A stretch of DNA of 38,206 bases from a virus. The position numbers were made by a program, and so were the translations under genes. The stretch lies in IMG/VR virus record IMGVR_UViG_3300013945_000001, positions 1 to 38,206 of that record. The stretch is one strand, 5' to 3'. Of this stretch, positions 32,606 through 38,206 are shown piece after piece (positions within the stretch are counted from its first letter, which is position 1; the number at the start of each line of letters is the position of its first letter). The notes under the pieces were generated by a model that saw only the letters and a list, made by a program, of their open reading frames with translations, searched no databases and was not told the DNA's origin.

Positions 32606-33925
32606 TTGACGGGACAAGATGTATTAGATTTTATCTTGCAACACATGATGATTGCAGAACACTATAAAAGTTTGCGAAAAGATTATATCGGTGATCATGA
32701 CATCTTGCATAAAGATACCCACCGCGGTAATCGACCGGACAATAGATTGGTTGGTAATTTAGCACACTATATTGTTGAAACGTTTAACGGCTTTTTTATT
32801 GGCATCCCACCAAAGATTACGTTAGACGACGAAAGTGATAACAAACAATTAAAGCAATGGAACGACGCCAATTCATTTCAAGATAAATTATCCGAGATTA
32901 GTCGGCAGGTAGATATTTATGGCCGTTCGATTGCTTTTTTATATCAAGATGAGAATAGTGAGACACGAGTGCAGTACGCTAGTCCATTAACAGCGTTCAT
33001 TATCTATGATGATACGGTCGAGATGAAGCCAATAGCGTTCGTTAATTATTACTACATTAATAATAAGTTGAATGGACAAGTAATCACTAATGAAGCTAAA
33101 TATGATTTGTCTGATACGTTCAAAATGGAAGATGGAGAAATTAATCAATTCGGTACTGTTCCAGCAGTTGAGTTTTTTCAGAACGAAGATAGGCAAGGAA
33201 TATTAGATAATGTGCAGACATTAGTTGACGCATTGGATAACACGTTAAGTCAAAAAGCTAACCAAGTGGAATATTTTGATAATGCTTATCTAGCAATGCT
33301 TGGCGTTCAACTTGAAGAGGACGAGGAAGGTAATCCTAAGCTTAATCTCGAAGGGCAACAAGTTATCTATTCGCCCGATGCCGATGCAACTAATGCCAGA
33401 TTAGAATTTCTATCTAAGCCCGATGGCGATAACATGCAAGAAAATCTGATTAATCGAATTACTAATCTGATTTATCAAATCAGCATGGTATCTAATCTGA
33501 ATGATGAGGCTTTTGCGGGAAATAGTTCGGGTGTGGCAATGCAGTACAAATTATTGCCAATGCGTAACTTAGCGATGAATAAGGAACGAAAGTTTACTCA
33601 ATCATTAAGACAACTCTACAAGCTATTGTTTAGCGTTGGAACGGTATTGAGTGACAGCAAGCAAGATGCTTGGCAAGACTTATCATTTAAGTTCTCACAA
33701 AACATCCCAGCCAACCTTGCCGATGAAGCTGCCACTGCTAAGAATCTTGAAGGAATTACCAGCAAGGAAACGCAATTATCGGCGCTGTCAATTGTCGATG
33801 ATCCAAAAGAAGAAATTAATCGCATGGAAAAAGAACAAGCTGATTCAATTAAGAACTCGCTTGAAGCTACAGGCAATTTGACCGACCAACAGAAAGCTGG
33901 TGTAAACGGTGGCGAAGAAGAATAG
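32606..33925 (+). CDS. Portal protein (SPP1 gp6-like); the true start may lie upstream at a non-canonical codon
   Basis: ORF track TTG start. The frame is open from 32525, and GGAGG at 32525-32529 is followed by an ATC at 7 nt. Confidence 0.8.
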   Translation: MTGQDVLDFILQHMMIAEHYKSLRKDYIGDHDILHKDTHRGNRPDNRLVGNLAHYIVETFNGFFIGIPPKITLDDESDNKQLKQWNDANSFQDKLSEISRQVDIYGRSIAFLYQDENSETRVQYASPLTAFIIYDDTVEMKPIAFVNYYYINNKLNGQVITNEAKYDLSDTFKMEDGEINQFGTVPAVEFFQNEDRQGILDNVQTLVDALDNTLSQKANQVEYFDNAYLAMLGVQLEEDEEGNPKLNLEGQQVIYSPDADATNARLEFLSKPDGDNMQENLINRITNLIYQISMVSNLNDEAFAGNSSGVAMQYKLLPMRNLAMNKERKFTQSLRQLYKLLFSVGTVLSDSKQDAWQDLSFKFSQNIPANLADEAATAKNLEGITSKETQLSALSIVDDPKEEINRMEKEQADSIKNSLEATGNLTDQQKAGVNGGEEE

Positions 33926-34880
33926 TGATGATTATTGGAAGCAGCGTGAAGCCAATGAACGCAAGTGGATTGAATCTAATATCAAAAACGATAAGGACTT
34001 CGATAAGCTCCTCCAAGAGCACTATGACACTCTGCTAGATAGCATTAACAAGGATATCAGCGAGCAGTACACACGTTACGCAAAACGAGAAGGGTACACG
34101 CTTGCCGAAGCTCGTAAAAAGGTGGCTCAAGAAGACGTCCAGGCGTTTTCTAGCCAAGCCAAAAAGCTGGTAGCAAAGGCGAGAGATATCTTCAAAAAGA
34201 AAGGCAAAGTAGAATATGCCGACTTTTCAGACGAAGTTAACACACGCTTGCGCCTATACAATGCCACGATGCGTATCAATCGGCTAGAAATGTTAAAAGC
34301 CCAGATAGGCTTAGAAATGATTGATAACAATATGGATATATACAGCTCAATGACTGACCGACTCAACAATGAGTATGTTGAAGAATTAAAACGACAGGCT
34401 GGTATCTTATCCGATTCAGCTGGAGCAGTTAAAGCGGCTGAAACGTCTAGCATTGTAATGGCGTCTACGGGCAATGCTAATTTTAGCGAACGATTATGGG
34501 CTAATAGCGACGTTTTTAAAGCTAAGCTTGACCAATTGCTAACCAAACAGATGGTGCAGGGATTGAATCCGAGGGTGATTGCACGAGATTTGAAGCCTTA
34601 TCTTAAAGATGAGGTTAACAATGCTAGATATGTAACTGAACGTTTAGCACGTACAGAATCCGCTAGAGTTGCAGCAACCGCTCAATTAAAGAGTTTTACA
34701 AAGTATGGATATAAATATGTCAAGTGGATTGCAGAGCCGTCAGCTTGCAAGATATGCCTTGAGATAGCATCCCATAACGACGGCGTTTATTCGGTCGATG
34801 ATGTTCCAGATTTACCTGTGCATCCCAATTGTAGATGCAGCATTTCGGCTTGGCATGACAAAACTAATAGCGATGACTAA
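33909..34880 (+). CDS. Minor head protein (Mu F / SPP1 gp7-like)
   Basis: C-terminal motif ARTESARV...CKIC...HPNCRC. Confidence 0.8.
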   Translation: MAKKNSDDYWKQREANERKWIESNIKNDKDFDKLLQEHYDTLLDSINKDISEQYTRYAKREGYTLAEARKKVAQEDVQAFSSQAKKLVAKARDIFKKKGKVEYADFSDEVNTRLRLYNATMRINRLEMLKAQIGLEMIDNNMDIYSSMTDRLNNEYVEELKRQAGILSDSAGAVKAAETSSIVMASTGNANFSERLWANSDVFKAKLDQLLTKQMVQGLNPRVIARDLKPYLKDEVNNARYVTERLARTESARVAATAQLKSFTKYGYKYVKWIAEPSACKICLEIASHNDGVYSVDDVPDLPVHPNCRCSISAWHDKTNSDD

Positions 34881-34984
34881 TTACGGTTACCGCTATTTTT
34901 ATGCTCTTTTTCCTGTTTGCAGAGCTAAAAGAACAACTGAGTAGCCTCCCAAGGCTTTAAATGCGAGCAAAAGGAGAAATCGTT

Positions 34985-35701
34985 ATGAAACTAGAAGAAA
35001 AATTACCAATGAACTTACAATTCTTCGCTGAACAATCAGACGATGGCGGCAATGCTACTAATGATAATCTTGATCCTAATGCAGACACCGATGCTAGCTC
35101 GGAAGATGCACAAGGACAACAAGAGGAAAACGAAGAAGAAAATGGCAAAAATGAGAATATCGATGGCGACAAAACCGTTGATAAGCTCAAGAAGCGTCTA
35201 GATTCTAAAACAGCTGAAAACCATGACTTGAAGCAGAAGTACGATGAACAATCTCAATTGCTTGATGATTTGAAGTCCGGACGCAAATCAATCAAGGAGC
35301 TTTTTTCTGATGACAAAAAGTCAAAGGAAGAAACTGAAAAAGATAATGAGATTGCTAAGTTAAAGGCTGAAATCGCCCGTACTAAAGCTATCAATGAAAC
35401 TAATGCAGTCTTTAAAGACCAAGGCTTAGTAGTGAGTGATGACGTCCTTAACATGGTTGTAGGCAATGGTACTGATAATGACGCTATTTACGAAAACGTA
35501 AAGGCGTTGACAGGCTTGATTAATAACATTAAGGAAGATACTAGAAAAGAGTTTATGAAAGGATCGACACCACGAATCAGTGGCAAGAAATCAGCTAAGG
35601 TTTCGACAAAAGATTTTGATCAAATGACATTGGCTGAAAAGGTTCAACTCCTTGCAAACGATCCCGACAAGTTTAATAAATTAACAGGAGGAATTAAATA
35701 A
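34985..35701 (+). CDS. Scaffolding protein
   Basis: ATG follows AAAGGAGAAATCGTT. Acidic, coiled-coil-rich sequence lying immediately before the capsid gene. Confidence 0.7.
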   Translation: MKLEEKLPMNLQFFAEQSDDGGNATNDNLDPNADTDASSEDAQGQQEENEEENGKNENIDGDKTVDKLKKRLDSKTAENHDLKQKYDEQSQLLDDLKSGRKSIKELFSDDKKSKEETEKDNEIAKLKAEIARTKAINETNAVFKDQGLVVSDDVLNMVVGNGTDNDAIYENVKALTGLINNIKEDTRKEFMKGSTPRISGKKSAKVSTKDFDQMTLAEKVQLLANDPDKFNKLTGGIK

Positions 35702-36519
35702 TGGCAGATACAGCCCCAACAAAAATTGCAGATTTAACAAACCCAGAGGTATTAGCACCGATTGTGTCCTATGAATTACAGAAGGCACTTCGTTTTTCAC
35801 CATTAGCAAATGTAGATACTACTTTACAAGGTCAACCAGGGACAACATTGAAGTTTCCTAAGTTTACCTACATCGGCGATGCACAAGATATTGGTGAAGG
35901 CGAAGCTATTCCACTTGATAAATTAGGGACAGAAACGCAAGAAGCGACCATTAAGAAGGCTGCTAAAGGGACTTCTATTACTGATGAAGCAGTACTTTCA
36001 GGATATGGAGACCCGCTTGGTGAATCTACTCGTCAATTAGGCTTATCGCTTGCCAATAAGGTTGATGACGACGTATTGGAAGCTGCTAAGACAGCAACTC
36101 AAACAATCACGTTCGATCCAACAGTTGATGGCATTCAAGCCGCGCTTGATATCTTTGATGATGAAGATGACAAGGTAGTAGTGGCAATTATGAGCCCTAA
36201 GGATGCAGCTAAGGTTCGTAAAGATGCTATGACACAAAAGCTTGGTTCAGAAGTGGGCGCCAATCAATTAATCAACGGCACATATCTTGACGTATTGGGT
36301 GTTCAAATTGTGCGTTCTAAAAAGTTAAAAGAAGGCGAAGCAGTATTTATCAAGGTAGATCCAACTAAGCCAGCTCTCAAGTTAATCATGAAGCGTGGTG
36401 TGCAAGTTGAAACTGACCGAGACATTACTCGTAAGACAACCATCATGACAGCTGATGAACATTACACAGCTTACGTTTACTACGATAAAAACCTTATCTA
36501 CTCGGCCCCAAAAGCGTAA
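35701..36519 (+). CDS. Major capsid protein
   Basis: 272 aa. TAATG coupling to the scaffold gene, and the expected position. Confidence 0.8.
   Translation: MADTAPTKIADLTNPEVLAPIVSYELQKALRFSPLANVDTTLQGQPGTTLKFPKFTYIGDAQDIGEGEAIPLDKLGTETQEATIKKAAKGTSITDEAVLSGYGDPLGESTRQLGLSLANKVDDDVLEAAKTATQTITFDPTVDGIQAALDIFDDEDDKVVVAIMSPKDAAKVRKDAMTQKLGSEVGANQLINGTYLDVLGVQIVRSKKLKEGEAVFIKVDPTKPALKLIMKRGVQVETDRDITRKTTIMTADEHYTAYVYYDKNLIYSAPKA
36507..36513 (+). promoter_or_regulatory. -1 slippery heptamer C_CCA_AAA, two codons before the capsid stop
   Basis: Zero-frame codons are GCC CCA AAA. The -1 frame is open to 36803. Hairpin CCCAC/GTGGG (36521-25/36532-36) starts 7 nt downstream. Confidence 0.7.
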
Positions 36520-36557
36520 ACCCACCTGCTAGTGGGATTACCGCTAGTCAAAAAACG

Positions 36558-36803
36558 TTGTCCGAGAAGGTGGGGGACGCTAAAGATATTACCATCACTA
36601 GTGATCCAACAGATGCGAATGATGCTGACGCCGTAGTTAAGGCTACAACTGCCACATCAAGTGACGAAACCGTAGCAACTGTTTCTAAGAAGAGTAATGG
36701 AACATTTACCGTTACTGGCGTTAAGGCTGGAACAGCAACTATCACGTTCACTAGCGGCAAATTGACCACAACATTAGCGGTAACAATCACTGACGCCGCC
36801 TAG
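36558..36803 (+). CDS. Ig-like domain ORF, probably a frameshift extension of the major capsid protein
   Basis: The -1 frame is continuous from 36507. Sequence ITASQKTLSEKVGDAKDITITS...ATITFTSGKLTTTLAVTI looks Big_2-like. No SD. Confidence 0.65.
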   Translation: MSEKVGDAKDITITSDPTDANDADAVVKATTATSSDETVATVSKKSNGTFTVTGVKAGTATITFTSGKLTTTLAVTITDAA

Positions 36804-36814
36804 GAGGTTGTCAA

Positions 36815-37189
36815 ATGGCTGAAACAGAAGATTTGAAGAATCTTAAAAAGCTACTGATGCTGAAGAAAGACGATGTTAGCAAAGATGAATTACTACAGTT
36901 AATCCTTGATAATACGTCGGCATCATTAAAAATTAAGCTCCATAGGAAAGCAAGCGAGACTGTCCCCGATGAACTCAACTACATCTTGTTAGAAGTGGCT
37001 GTACGGCGTTTCAATCGCCTTAAAAATGAAGGAATGGCTAACTATTCCCAAGAAGGTGAATCAATCACATTTAACAGTGATGATTTTGACGATTTCAAAG
37101 ATGACATCGTCGATTGGTTAGCTGATCAAGAAGATAAGCCTACATCGTTAGGTAAGGTTAGTTTCATTTCGGGATACCAAGGGAAGTGA
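36815..37189 (+). CDS. Head-tail connector (gp6/SPP1 gp15-like)
   Basis: SD AGGAGG; the position and size fit, and the sequence resembles the family. Confidence 0.65.
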   Translation: MAETEDLKNLKKLLMLKKDDVSKDELLQLILDNTSASLKIKLHRKASETVPDELNYILLEVAVRRFNRLKNEGMANYSQEGESITFNSDDFDDFKDDIVDWLADQEDKPTSLGKVSFISGYQGK

Positions 37190-37193
37190 TGGG

Positions 37194-37499
37194 ATGCGAT
37201 TCACAGATAAGGTTAAATTCTACAAATCAAACGACCATTACGATCCAAGTAATCCTAGCGGAGAGCCAGTTATGGTTGGTGAAGCAATTGCTAACGTCAC
37301 ACATCTAGGCGTTGACCGCTCGCAACAATTATTTGGCGACATCGACGTGGATAGGTTGGTTGTCCGTTTGGTAGAGCCGTTTAATGACGGCTGGGACGTA
37401 CTGACTGTCAACGGCGGGGATACGTTCTACAAGCTTCAGACGGGTGTGCATCCGTTGAAAATCATGGGATACATTGTAGGAGAAACGCAGAATGAGTAA
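37194..37499 (+). CDS. Head closure/head-tail joining protein (SPP1 gp16-like)
   Basis: Position and size (101 aa). Confidence 0.55.
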   Translation: MRFTDKVKFYKSNDHYDPSNPSGEPVMVGEAIANVTHLGVDRSQQLFGDIDVDRLVVRLVEPFNDGWDVLTVNGGDTFYKLQTGVHPLKIMGYIVGETQNE

Positions 37500-37833
37500 C
37501 TATAATTTTTCAGTCAAAGGTCAAGACCTTTTAATTAGAAAATTGAAGCAAAAAGCTCAAAAAGGTGCAGTTAAAGCTATTGTTAAATCCCATACTGCGA
37601 ATATGGAGAGCAAAGCACAAGAATTAGCTCCTGTTGATACTGGTAACTTAAAACGTGGTATTAGTTCTCAATTACTAAAAGGCGGTATGGCAGGAGCCAT
37701 TATTTCTTCTGCGGAATATTCAGGATACCAAGAATTTGGCACTCGTTTTATGGCTGCTCAACCATACATGGGTCCAGCTTGGCGAAAGGAACGACCACTA
37801 TTTTTAAGCGATTTGCATAATTTAGTAAGGTAG
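37492..37833 (+). CDS. HK97 gp10-like tail component
   Basis: Motif APVDTGNLKRGI...EYSGYQEFGTRFMAAQPYMGPA. Confidence 0.7.
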   Translation: MSNYNFSVKGQDLLIRKLKQKAQKGAVKAIVKSHTANMESKAQELAPVDTGNLKRGISSQLLKGGMAGAIISSAEYSGYQEFGTRFMAAQPYMGPAWRKERPLFLSDLHNLVR

Positions 37834-38206
37834 GTGGTTAATATCAGAAAATCACCAGCACAAGACGTCTACGATCGCTACTTCATGCTTTCCAGGAAAA
37901 TGGGATACGACACATACGACTACTTACCTCCAGATAAGGTCAAGTATCCGTTCGTCGTAATGAGTAGCGTCGAAGACAACAAAAATAACACTAAAACAGA
38001 ATTGACTGGTTCAATCGTGCTAACCATTGATTGTTGGGGCACACCGAAACAGCGTTTAACCATAAATGAAATGGTTGAGCGCTTTTTTTATGCCTCAATC
38101 GGACACATCAGCACAGAAAGTTACTCGTATTACGGGCGAGCTCAACAGCAATCAACCCGCATTTTGATTGACACCAGCGTACCTAATTCAACTTTATTGT
38201 GTGGAA
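37834..38206 (+). CDS. Tail-completion-like protein, running off the window end and continuing at 280-308 (133 aa in total)
   Basis: GTG directly after the upstream stop. Open frame to the window end, with continuity across the junction. Confidence 0.65.
   Translation, partial: MVNIRKSPAQDVYDRYFMLSRKMGYDTYDYLPPDKVKYPFVVMSSVEDNKNNTKTELTGSIVLTIDCWGTPKQRLTINEMVERFFYASIGHISTESYSYYGRAQQQSTRILIDTSVPNSTLLCG
38051..38206. repeat. Terminal direct repeat identical to 124-279 (156 nt), implying a circular or circularly permuted unit of 37,927 bp
   Basis: Exact match by eye. Identity stops at 38050 (c) versus 123 (a). Confidence 0.9.

Noticed and set aside
1-38206. CRISPR arrays, rRNA genes, transposases or IS elements
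   Set aside because: No regularly spaced repeats, rRNA-like sequence or transposase-like ORFs were seen. The only recombinase is the phage integrase.

Overview
The window is essentially one complete temperate siphovirus-type phage or prophage genome, written as a circular permutation. Positions 38051-38206 repeat 124-279 exactly, which gives a unit length of 37,927 bp. Positions 1-123 are a reverse-complement fold-back of 157-279, most likely an assembly artefact.

Gene order starting from position 124:
- Tail module: end of the tail-completion gene, major tail protein with an Ig-like extension, G/GT chaperones, tape measure, Dit, a Tal with three hydrolase domains, and a BppU/GDPD receptor-binding protein.
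- Lysis: two small membrane proteins and a GH25 endolysin that carries a signal peptide.
- An ~880-nt non-coding stretch that probably holds attP.
- Minus-strand lysogeny module: tyrosine integrase, small membrane protein, lipoprotein, membrane-anchored protein, ImmA/IrrE peptidase, XRE repressor.
- Genetic switch, followed by the early and replication genes: Cro-like, Rha antirepressor, Erf, SSB, a split HNH/DUF968-like gene, replisome organizer with internal iterons, DnaC-like loader, RusA.
- An ArpU-type late regulator.
- A ~440-nt ORF-free structured region.
- Packaging and head genes: terS, PBSX-type terL, portal, Mu-F/gp7-like protein, scaffold, major capsid with an Ig-like extension, head-tail connectors.

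Gene families suggest a Lactobacillaceae-type host; this is inference only.

The most unusual element is the non-coding region 30219-30661. It contains tRNA-like modules with no normal anticodon arm and ends in a strong terminator directly upstream of terS. Other notable points are three apparent -1 recoding sites in the structural module, a perfect 25-bp tandem duplication that splits a gene, candidate superinfection-exclusion genes, and several repeat and operator systems. All protein family calls come from reading motifs by eye; no database search was run.
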